A stretch of DNA of 64,000 nucleotides from an uncultured archaeon (GTDB lineage Archaea > Nanobdellota > Nanobdellia > Pacearchaeales > GW2011-AR1). Location of the stretch: NCBI GenBank assembly GCA_902385655.1, contig CABMGO010000006.1, positions 10,329 through 74,328 on the forward strand, in the 5' to 3' direction. The position numbers were made by a program, and so were the translations under genes. Below the pieces are notes generated by a model. It saw only the letters and a list, made by a program, of their open reading frames with translations, was not told where the DNA came from and did not search any database. Shown here in pieces: positions 17,587-25,893 of the stretch (position 1 is the stretch's first letter; each line of letters starts with the position of its first letter).

Positions 17587-18054
17587 ATGGTGAAAAAAGA
17601 GAGAAAAGCACAGCTTAGTAAGAAAGATGTTAACAAAGATAACCTAAGTGCACAAAAGAAGTTCCTTTATCATGGCTCCAATAAAGAGATCAAATTATTA
17701 ATTCCAAAACAACCTTCAGATCCAAAAAAAGAAAATTCCCTTAAAGCCGTTTATGCAACAGACAGGAAAGATTATGCCTTAGCCATGGGTCTAACTAACC
17801 AAAAAGGCTCAACTAGTTTTATAACTTTTAATCCTGTTAAACTCCATTTTGTTAGGGGCAAGCCCAAAATGAAATTTATTTACTTGCATTATCTTTCTCC
17901 AAAAAATTTCAAAAAAAACTCAGAAAACCAATATCTTTCTTTTAAACCTGTAGAGTCCATATTAATTGAAAAATACTTTCCTTATGAACTTAGGCACCTT
18001 TGGACAAAGTCTAACAAAAAAGAATTAAATAAATTCCTTAAAAATAAAAAATGA
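17587..18054 (+). CDS. hypothetical protein with possible H-Y-E ADP-ribosyltransferase-like motifs
   Basis: FLYHGS, KAVYATD, ENQYLSF spaced like the PARP/ART H-Y-E triad; stop overlaps recombinase ATG (ATGA). Confidence 0.25.
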   Translation: MVKKERKAQLSKKDVNKDNLSAQKKFLYHGSNKEIKLLIPKQPSDPKKENSLKAVYATDRKDYALAMGLTNQKGSTSFITFNPVKLHFVRGKPKMKFIYLHYLSPKNFKKNSENQYLSFKPVESILIEKYFPYELRHLWTKSNKKELNKFLKNKK

Positions 18055-18836
18055 TCCATCAGTCTACAACCAAAATTCCTAAAGTAGCAATTTATTCAAG
18101 AGTTTCTACTGAAGAGCAGGCAAGAGAAGGTTTGAGCGTGGATGCTCAGATTGAAAAGTGTGAGGCGTACTGTAAAGCCAGAGGTTGGGAAATTTATCGA
18201 GTTTACAAAGATGCAGGTTTTTCAGCAGGCAGTTTGGACAGGCCTTCCATGGAGTTAATGCTTAGAGATGCAAATGAGTCAAAGTTCAATATAATTCTTG
18301 TTTATAAAATCGATCGTTTTTCAAGAAAGTTAAGAGATTTAATTTTAGTCTTAGAGAGCCTAAAAGAAAAAGACATTAATTTTACTTCAGTCACAGAACA
18401 AATCGATACTACTTCTGCTATGGGTGAAGCCTTCTTTCAAATTATCGGAGTTTTCGCACAACTAGAAAGAGGAATGGTGAAAGAGAGAGTTGAACTGGCA
18501 TTTGATAAAAAAATTGGTATGGGGGAATCTCTTTCTCGGGCCCCTCTTGGTTATGTTTATGAAAACAAAAAATTAGTTCCAGACCCTCAAAATTCTGAAA
18601 AATTAAAAGAGCTTTTTGAAATGGCAGAAATGGGAATAAGTTACAAAGTTATCTGCGAAAAATTTAACATACAACCCTCAACATTTTACTCAATAATCAA
18701 AAATCCTGTTTATACTGGAAAAGTGAAATACAAGGGAGAGCTTTACAAAGGATCGCACAAACCTCTCATTTCTGAAGAAGTTTTCAATAAATTAAATTCT
18801 CTCGAAACTAGAAATGGATCAACAAGCTCGGAATAA
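18051..18836 (+). CDS. serine recombinase (resolvase catalytic domain plus recombinase domain)
   Basis: AIYSRVSTEEQ catalytic Ser region, DRFSR, then SRAPLGY...YTGKV recombinase-domain pattern. Confidence 0.85.
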   Translation: MIHQSTTKIPKVAIYSRVSTEEQAREGLSVDAQIEKCEAYCKARGWEIYRVYKDAGFSAGSLDRPSMELMLRDANESKFNIILVYKIDRFSRKLRDLILVLESLKEKDINFTSVTEQIDTTSAMGEAFFQIIGVFAQLERGMVKERVELAFDKKIGMGESLSRAPLGYVYENKKLVPDPQNSEKLKELFEMAEMGISYKVICEKFNIQPSTFYSIIKNPVYTGKVKYKGELYKGSHKPLISEEVFNKLNSLETRNGSTSSE

Positions 18837-19419
18837 AATTTTAGAAAGAGACAAGTTCTGTTGTCAAAAGTGCGGTTTTGCAGAAGAATCAGAACTAGAA
18901 ACTCATCATATTACTCCTCAAGTTTTAGGTGGAGAAGAAAAAGAAGAAAATTTAATCACTCTCTGTTCGATTTGTCATCATTATGCTCCAGATTCTGCAA
19001 AGGAATTCAAAATATATCTTTCTGAAAAACTAGACTGGAAAATTCTAGAAACCTTTAGGAGGTCAAATCGTTCAATTTCCAAAAAAACAAGACAAGGTAT
19101 GGAAAGAAATATCTCTGAAGGAAAAGTAATTTCCCGAGCACCTTTGGGATACAAAATCATAAACAAGGAACTAGTCATTGATCCAGAAAAATCTGAGCAG
19201 TTGAAATCCATTTTCAAAGAATTCTCAGAAACTCAAATTAGTCTTACGCAACTTGGAAAAAAACATGGTTTTACTACTTCAGGCATAAAAAAACTGCTAA
19301 TGAACACCTCCTACCTCGGAAAGGTTAAATTTGCAGATCATGAAAACGACGGGACTCATCCAGCAATTATTGATCAAGAACTTTTTGATAAAGCGCAAAA
19401 TAGGTTTCTAAACATTTGA
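18814..19419 (+). CDS. HNH endonuclease fused to a serine-recombinase-type DNA-binding (recombinase) domain
   Basis: CQKCGF...HHITP...GG...NLITLCSICHH (HNH), then ISRAPLGY...NTSYLGKVKF; overlaps upstream recombinase gene by 23 nt. Confidence 0.7.
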   Translation: MDQQARNKILERDKFCCQKCGFAEESELETHHITPQVLGGEEKEENLITLCSICHHYAPDSAKEFKIYLSEKLDWKILETFRRSNRSISKKTRQGMERNISEGKVISRAPLGYKIINKELVIDPEKSEQLKSIFKEFSETQISLTQLGKKHGFTTSGIKKLLMNTSYLGKVKFADHENDGTHPAIIDQELFDKAQNRFLNI

Positions 19420-21030
19420 TTATTTTTTAACTACTAATTTTCTAAATTGCTGATATTTTGTTTCTGGAAATTGATTTATTTCTAAAGAGTTCACTAATGC
19501 ATGTGGTGCTTCTTGTGTTGAAGGCACCCATCCTGACTGCGCACCACATTCTCCTCTAAATACTCCATATTGATTGCTTGTCTGAACTATGTTCCGAATT
19601 ATCTGATATGGCGTTCCAACAATATATGCTCCCCTTACTTGCTCAACTTTTCCATTTCTATACAATCTAAAAATCTTTGAAGGATATGTCTCGAAATGGC
19701 TTCTTTCTGGAATAGTTAGACCTCCTGCAGATCCTTCAAAAATTAATCCATAAGGTTCATTCTGCTCTGCACAAATTCTTAGCAAATTTTCCTTAAGCTG
19801 ATCCAGAGGTACTTCATTAGAAGAACGTACAATTAAATTACTCATTCTGGCTACAGGATCTTTTGATTGCTCAGATCTTGCATGACCATTTGAATTTGTT
19901 CTGAAAAATCCTGCACTTTCTCTAGAGTGCAAGTAATCTCTTAAAACTCCTCTTTCGATCAGTCTAACTCTTTGAGCTCTCGCTCCCTCATCATCATAGG
20001 GATAGTATCCGTCAAGTCTCTTTATAGTCGGATCATCATCTACACTAATAAATTCTGGAGCAACTTTTCTTCCAAGCTTACCTAAAAATAAACTCACCTT
20101 GTCTTCTTTTTGTCCATTCTGCCCTGTCTCCGTTTTCATGCTAGTCCCTTCTAGAGCATGGCCTATCATTTCGTGCCATAAAACTCCATGATTTTCCGGG
20201 TCTAATATCGCAGGGTAACTCCCATTTTTTTGAAGTGGAGAAGCAATTATCTCCGCAAGTTCTTCTCTAAGTTCTTCTCCCAAATTGACTATTGCTCGAT
20301 AATGCTCAGGCCTAACCATTCCATCTGGAAAGAAATTCCTTCCATGTTGGATAACCCATCCATGAGCATCTATTGCTTCAACGGAAACTCCGACCATACT
20401 TCTTAGAGAATCATAATAAATTCTCGCACCCTCAGAGTTTACAATATGTCTCCCTTCTCTTCTAACTCTCATAGTAATATCTGCATCAACTAGGTTTTTT
20501 CCCTCTTGCCAAATTTCTGCGGATGCTGCTTTCAACATTTTTTCAACTTCTGCTAAATCTACACTTATTCTTTTTTCAGGCCCGGAGTATTTATCGCCGA
20601 CTTCCTTTGTAAAAATTCTATATTTTTCTCTTTGATTTTTACTTCCAACCGCCATCAAATCCCGCGTGCTTTGATCTTGAACACAATCCCAAAATGCAGA
20701 ATTAGACGCAAGCCAGATTTCATGCATAGAAGATTTTATATCCAAATCACAGGGCAATTCAAAAGGCCAACTTCCCATCCCTCCAGAGTCATAGCCTCCC
20801 ATTCTTACTTCAACTCTTCCTGGGCAAACATGACGAGGGTCATAGTCTCTTGTAACTAGTCCTCCATTTTCTATCCACAAAGAATAGCTCTCAATTTCCC
20901 TTGCTGCAAGTGAAGCGAAAAAAGGACGAAATGTTACAGTTCTCTTTCCTGAATTTCTAAAACTATGTTGTGCCTTTAAAACTTTTTCTAAACCTTCCTC
21001 AAGAAAATTAAATATTTTTCTGTTTGCCAC
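19420..21030 (-). CDS. TldD/PmbA-family metalloprotease-like protein
   Basis: 536 aa; HEMIGHALE (HExxxH), C-terminal GECG..GWVP motif typical of TldD; apparent GTG start. Confidence 0.7.
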   Translation of the reverse strand: MANRKIFNFLEEGLEKVLKAQHSFRNSGKRTVTFRPFFASLAAREIESYSLWIENGGLVTRDYDPRHVCPGRVEVRMGGYDSGGMGSWPFELPCDLDIKSSMHEIWLASNSAFWDCVQDQSTRDLMAVGSKNQREKYRIFTKEVGDKYSGPEKRISVDLAEVEKMLKAASAEIWQEGKNLVDADITMRVRREGRHIVNSEGARIYYDSLRSMVGVSVEAIDAHGWVIQHGRNFFPDGMVRPEHYRAIVNLGEELREELAEIIASPLQKNGSYPAILDPENHGVLWHEMIGHALEGTSMKTETGQNGQKEDKVSLFLGKLGRKVAPEFISVDDDPTIKRLDGYYPYDDEGARAQRVRLIERGVLRDYLHSRESAGFFRTNSNGHARSEQSKDPVARMSNLIVRSSNEVPLDQLKENLLRICAEQNEPYGLIFEGSAGGLTIPERSHFETYPSKIFRLYRNGKVEQVRGAYIVGTPYQIIRNIVQTSNQYGVFRGECGAQSGWVPSTQEAPHALVNSLEINQFPETKYQQFRKLVVKK

Positions 21031-21114
21031 AACAAATTCTATTTTTCTAGTTTAAAAAGCCTTTATCTTGTGCAAGATATATTTCGTAGACTACTATTTT
21101 ATTTTTCTTCGAGA

Positions 21115-22644
21115 TCAGAATTTTGCTTTCCATTTTCCATTAATCATAGGAAGAAGTTGAACAGTATCATTTTCATATAACACTCCATTAGCAGCCATAG
21201 AAGCACTCGAAGCTCCTTGCATGTAAGAAGTTTCTGGAGAAAGCATTGTTCCAACTCTGTAAATATCGCCCTTTATCTCTGGCGAGTGTGAATGGCCAAA
21301 TATTCCTTTACCAAACGATTCTTCTTGAGATGAAACTCCTCCTCCTCTTGCTCCATTCTTTCCAAGATGACCATGGGAAGCCAGTTGATATCCTCCCACA
21401 ACTAAGTTACTACTTAATCTCAAAAATTGTACATTCGAAGGTATCTGTCCAATGAGCTTTAATGCTTCTTCTAGATATCCATCTTGTCTCGGCATCCTAG
21501 AAGTGATCATTGCATTCATTTCAAAATTCCAAAGATCATCGGCACTCTGGGGACTATTCAAATACTTCGGAAGAAAATCATGGTGATTTGAGTGCACAAT
21601 ATAAATCTCTCTTCCTTTCATCGCTTTAGAAAATTCTTTTAAATATTTCATGTTAAGCTCTAATTCTTTTCTTAAGTCCAATTTCCCATCCCGGAACAGT
21701 CTAGCTCTTTCAATTCTGTTTGCTAATTCATGATGAGAAATACTATATCCTGAAAAGAAATCATGTAAAATTAATCTTTCGGGTTTGAAAAACTCTATTT
21801 GCTCTAATGTGGCTTCAAGTGCACGAGGATCATGTTCACCAATGTGGACATCACTTGCATCAAGAGCTTTTACTTTTACTCTTTCAGGTTTTCTGTCTCC
21901 ATTATATTTTAATCCCATATCAACAAATGAACCATCCATTCTTGCTCTAAGAGTTCTCATATTAAAGTAATTGCCGTCGATCGTTTCTACTAATACTGCG
22001 CCAAGCCTATGATCTTTAGCAGCTTGATCTCCCTTTGCGTTATACTGGTTATAATTCGGAAGAGTGACCATTCCAGTAGTCAGCAAATATCTTGGGAAAT
22101 CTGCTTGATAAACTGCAACAGGTCTAAATCTTTGTTTTGAATGTGGGAAAACTAATGTCGATCCATACTTTGCAGGAAGTTTTGTTTTTCCTGTCGTAGG
22201 ATCCACATTTTGTGGCGGAACAAGAATATCACTTAACTGGATATTATCGTTAAAACTAAAATATCCTTTTCTCCAAGCAGGATAGAGCTCAGGTAAATGC
22301 TCGACGCTTTCATGAAGAACATCCTCTGCTTGACATTTTCCCGCAGTCGGGCAAATTAACATTTCAGAACCGACATCTCTTTCTTTCATCATTCTTCTCA
22401 ATCCATCGTAAAGATTCTGATGTAATGGGGCAGACCCTTCTCCCAAGAATGGAACATAAATTGTCCTTGCTACCCACTTCCCGTCAATTTTTTCTCTTAC
22501 TTCTTTAGTCATATATGTTGACTGCGCAGCACTAACAACCCAGAGCATCGGAGTAGTTGGATGAGGGTTAGAATCTCGAACAGTTAGTCTTTCTCTCTGT
22601 TCCTGATTTATTCTAGAAACCTCCTCTCTTTTTGTCATGCTCAA
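21115..22644 (-). CDS. large calcineurin-type metallophosphoesterase with about 260-aa unknown N-terminal domain
   Basis: SDVHIGEHD, LHDFFSG, SNHHDF, SHGH, GHSHSP in canonical order in the C-terminal half. Confidence 0.6.
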   Translation of the reverse strand: MSMTKREEVSRINQEQRERLTVRDSNPHPTTPMLWVVSAAQSTYMTKEVREKIDGKWVARTIYVPFLGEGSAPLHQNLYDGLRRMMKERDVGSEMLICPTAGKCQAEDVLHESVEHLPELYPAWRKGYFSFNDNIQLSDILVPPQNVDPTTGKTKLPAKYGSTLVFPHSKQRFRPVAVYQADFPRYLLTTGMVTLPNYNQYNAKGDQAAKDHRLGAVLVETIDGNYFNMRTLRARMDGSFVDMGLKYNGDRKPERVKVKALDASDVHIGEHDPRALEATLEQIEFFKPERLILHDFFSGYSISHHELANRIERARLFRDGKLDLRKELELNMKYLKEFSKAMKGREIYIVHSNHHDFLPKYLNSPQSADDLWNFEMNAMITSRMPRQDGYLEEALKLIGQIPSNVQFLRLSSNLVVGGYQLASHGHLGKNGARGGGVSSQEESFGKGIFGHSHSPEIKGDIYRVGTMLSPETSYMQGASSASMAANGVLYENDTVQLLPMINGKWKAKF

Positions 22645-22736
22645 AAAAATTCATTTCTCTTTAAAAGTCTTTATGTCTTTCAGAATATATTATTTTTAAG
22701 GGCCATATTTAAAAACCAACTATTCCAAAATTCTCT

Positions 22737-23198
22737 ATGAAACACGATTTACCAAAAAAACCATCGACAAAATTAAGAGACACACACGTAATTGCCAATC
22801 CTTTTCTAGATAGTTCTGGTAGATATGTTCATGTTTGTTTTTGTGGTTATCACACTGGGATTGTTCATCCATCAACTTTAATTTCTAAAAATCACTGTGG
22901 ACAGCAATGTACAAATATACGGAGAATATATTTTAATTATAAACCTCTCGATGAAGAAAAGATGGAAGCAGAACTTGATAAGCAAAGACAGGCGGCTCGT
23001 TCTATTCCTACTGTCGGATTAACTCCCTTTGAAATTGCTGGACAAAAATATTTTTGGGTTTTGGATCGAGGAGAATATGTTTATTTTCTCAGGCCAGAAA
23101 AAGCACATTTAGTTCAAGAAGTAGAAAGAGACCACAAAAAAGTAGATATTTCAAGACTCCTTCTTAGCAACAATTTTAAACCTTATTTTGTTGAGTAA
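22737..23198 (+). CDS. hypothetical protein (Cys/His cluster)
   Basis: 153 aa; CFCGYH...HCGQQC; 3 nt before next gene. Confidence 0.45.
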   Translation: MKHDLPKKPSTKLRDTHVIANPFLDSSGRYVHVCFCGYHTGIVHPSTLISKNHCGQQCTNIRRIYFNYKPLDEEKMEAELDKQRQAARSIPTVGLTPFEIAGQKYFWVLDRGEYVYFLRPEKAHLVQEVERDHKKVDISRLLLSNNFKPYFVE

Positions 23199-23201
23199 TT
23201 C

Positions 23202-23738
23202 ATGGTTTGTGAGAAATGTGGTTATCAAGATGTAAAAGAGATTGAAAAATTCAATTTTCCCCTTTGCCAATTTTGTAATTTTTTTGCCCCAGAAGAAGAA
23301 GATAATTTTACTTTTTATTTAAACGAAAAAACAGATTGGAAACTTTTAGATACTTTTAGAAAATACGGTCAGACTTTTGGAAGCAAACAAAAAGCCGGAA
23401 TGAACGAAAAAGCAAAACAAGGCAAACTTGTTACTCGAATTGCTCTCGGTTACTCTCTGCAAAATGGAGAACTTATTCCGAATGAAATGTCTTCAAAAGT
23501 ACATTCGATATTTAGAACATTCAATGAAAAAAACTTTTCTTTAAATAGTATGGCTAAACACTATGGTCTTTCTGTAAATGGATTAAAAAAAGTTTTAAAA
23601 AACAGAACTTATTTGGGAGAGATAAAATTTGATGGAAGAATACATAAAGGAAATCATAAACCTTTAATCAGTCCAGAAATTTTTTACGCAGTCCAAAGAA
23701 AATTACAAGAAATAAGTAGAAAGAAAAAACAGGCTTAA
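23202..23738 (+). CDS. zinc-ribbon (degenerate HNH) plus recombinase-domain protein, paralog of 18814..19419
   Basis: CEKCGY...CQFCNFFAP aligns with the HNH of the paralog but lacks HH/N; FYLNEKTDWKLLDTFRK and IALGY...NRTYLGEIKF conserved. Confidence 0.6.
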   Translation: MVCEKCGYQDVKEIEKFNFPLCQFCNFFAPEEEDNFTFYLNEKTDWKLLDTFRKYGQTFGSKQKAGMNEKAKQGKLVTRIALGYSLQNGELIPNEMSSKVHSIFRTFNEKNFSLNSMAKHYGLSVNGLKKVLKNRTYLGEIKFDGRIHKGNHKPLISPEIFYAVQRKLQEISRKKKQA

Positions 23739-24619
23739 ATTCTTGTTTTCATAAATCGTTTTATTCTGGAAGATAAAAAGTATTCCCCTGGATTTGTATT
23801 CGCTTCCCTTATGATGTCTTCTCTAACTGCATGGAAAAGTAAGTCCGAGCTTATGTCCGTTTCCTCTAGTCCCTGCTCGAGAAGTTTGTAATATGTCTTT
23901 CTTATTCTCGGCGTTGTACTATACCGATCATTTGGCGATAATTCTCTTTCATGACTAATTTCAGAATACGGCTTAAGAAGCCATTTCCTTGCGAGAATGT
24001 CTCCAGCGGATTGTACTCTATAATCTTTGAAGACTATTCCTTCCATATCTCCTTTTGCAAATTTTCCAGGCAATCCTTCAACAAGGAGTCTTTCTATGTC
24101 TCTTTTATTTGGCTTAGCAACTCTTAATTCAGGTAGAGCAGGAACATCTTCAATCCCTCTTTCTCTTAGAAGTTGTACTGCTTCTTGATAATCCAAAAAT
24201 CTTTCTAAGTTGCCTTCAGCATTCAATAAACCGACATCAATTAAAAATAATCTGTTTTCGAATTCTGGAGAGTATTCTATTCGGCTGTGTGGCTCTTCAG
24301 GATCAGATTCTTCTTCTCTAGGTGCAACCCACTCTCCGAAAAGTACGACGTCTTGAGGTAGGCCATAGAGACTGTAATTTTTCATCGCCCATCTTTTGAA
24401 TGTAGGTATCCAGGCCTTGTAACCTATAGACTGATCCCAGCGTCTATTCATAACAAAGTTACTTCTGTTCCCTAAAAGAATTCTTCCTTTAACATTCCTT
24501 ATTTGACAATTGCTTCCGTCGATTTTTTCAAATAAACTTATTTCTCCTGGAAAAACTTCTAGCCCTCCTAGATAGGGTATTTTTGGATACTTCACAAAGC
24601 TAGGTAGTTGATCTGTCAT
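23735..24619 (-). CDS. ATP-dependent RNA ligase family protein (Rnl2/PF09414-like nucleotidyltransferase)
   Basis: KYPKIPYL, motif I EKIDGSN, motif III LFGEW, motif IV FLIDV, motif V EGIVFK. Confidence 0.7.
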   Translation of the reverse strand: MTDQLPSFVKYPKIPYLGGLEVFPGEISLFEKIDGSNCQIRNVKGRILLGNRSNFVMNRRWDQSIGYKAWIPTFKRWAMKNYSLYGLPQDVVLFGEWVAPREEESDPEEPHSRIEYSPEFENRLFLIDVGLLNAEGNLERFLDYQEAVQLLRERGIEDVPALPELRVAKPNKRDIERLLVEGLPGKFAKGDMEGIVFKDYRVQSAGDILARKWLLKPYSEISHERELSPNDRYSTTPRIRKTYYKLLEQGLEETDISSDLLFHAVREDIIREANTNPGEYFLSSRIKRFMKTRI

Positions 24620-25245
24620 ATTCTCGTGTCTATGAAATTTATTTGAGGGTAATTTGAAGTTTGGGAAATGAGTTGAGCTCCTCTTGCAACGTGATTATAA
24701 TCAGAAGTCACTAGAATAATTTTTCTAGGTACCTCTTCATTTCTTAAAGGCGTTTTTGCAAATGTAGCTCCATGCCTTAGTAATTCACAATCTCCTGGAG
24801 AGATTAATTCATATTCGTCTGCCTGATTCAATAAGATTTCTAGATGGTTTTTTACAAGTAACCACGATTCAAGACTATTTGCTTCTCTTTCATCTTCTTG
24901 TAATCGTGTGTAAAATTCATCAAACCTTCGGGCATATAAAAAAGCTCTTCCGAGAGCTGATGGAGAAAGTTCTCTTTCATATCGGTTTAATCTTACTGTT
25001 GCATGCTTTAAGACCTCCTTATAGTTCTCAGGAGTTATAACTGGATCAGAAAGTTCTTCCAATCTCCTTAGATAAATGTCAATACTGTTCTGTCGATTAT
25101 CTGGACTAATACCTTCTTCACTTTTCCTTTGAATATCAATTAATGCTCCAGTATCTACTAATATAATCGGTCTTTGAGCTCCTGAAAGATCAGATAATTC
25201 TCTCTCAATTTTTCTAAAGTCTTTCACTTCCCTATGTTTTTTCAT
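24616..25245 (-). CDS. PIN-domain nuclease-like protein
   Basis: ILVDTGALID, VITPENYKEV, SPGDCELL, ILVTSDYNHV give the four acidic PIN positions in order; 4-nt overlap with ligase gene. Confidence 0.55.
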   Translation of the reverse strand: MKKHREVKDFRKIERELSDLSGAQRPIILVDTGALIDIQRKSEEGISPDNRQNSIDIYLRRLEELSDPVITPENYKEVLKHATVRLNRYERELSPSALGRAFLYARRFDEFYTRLQEDEREANSLESWLLVKNHLEILLNQADEYELISPGDCELLRHGATFAKTPLRNEEVPRKIILVTSDYNHVARGAQLISQTSNYPQINFIDTRI

Positions 25246-25347
25246 GATGTTCTATGTCCTAAAATCTATATAAACCTTTCCTTTTTGTTATCTCTTGCAA
25301 ATGACAACAAAACAAAGATTTTTAAATGTATAAAGCAACTGTTCAGT

Positions 25348-25893
25348 ATGGCTACTTTAAATTTTGATGGATCTAAACTGTATCGAGCTAAAGGAACTCC
25401 CAAGCTTCCGCCAAAGGTAGCACTCGCACTCTTAAACCAGTCTGCTAGAACTTCCTCAAGAAGTTTATATGATCCTTTTTGTGGAGGAGGGACAATTCTT
25501 CTTTGTGCTAGAAAGTATTTCCCAAATCATTATTTAACTATTTCTGGAGCAGACATAGATCCTCTTGCGGTAGAAGCTACAAGACTAAATTTATTGGACT
25601 CCATACCTGAAACAGAATTATTACAAAATATTGTCCCAAGAGACGCAACAAAAGACACTTTGCCTACCGGAACAGATTTAATTGTTACTGATCCACCGTT
25701 CGGAAGAAGATGTCCAGTCTCCGAAGGATTTTTAGAAAAGGCTTTTTTAAATTTCAGAAATCAAAACGTCCAAGACATTTTCTTCTGCTATGATGGAAAA
25801 ACCCCTCTTCAAAATGAATTAAAAAGAATTTATACTGTAAAAGAATTTAAACGAGATTGGGGCAGAGCATTTTATCATGCACAAGCAAAGTGA
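25348..25893 (+). CDS. SAM-dependent RNA methyltransferase (UPF0020/Trm14-RlmL-like catalytic domain, no THUMP)
   Basis: LYDPFCGGGTILL (motif I) and IVTDPPFG (motif IV); ATG 25348 chosen because track start 25234 overlaps the divergent PIN gene. Confidence 0.65.
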   Translation: MATLNFDGSKLYRAKGTPKLPPKVALALLNQSARTSSRSLYDPFCGGGTILLCARKYFPNHYLTISGADIDPLAVEATRLNLLDSIPETELLQNIVPRDATKDTLPTGTDLIVTDPPFGRRCPVSEGFLEKAFLNFRNQNVQDIFFCYDGKTPLQNELKRIYTVKEFKRDWGRAFYHAQAK

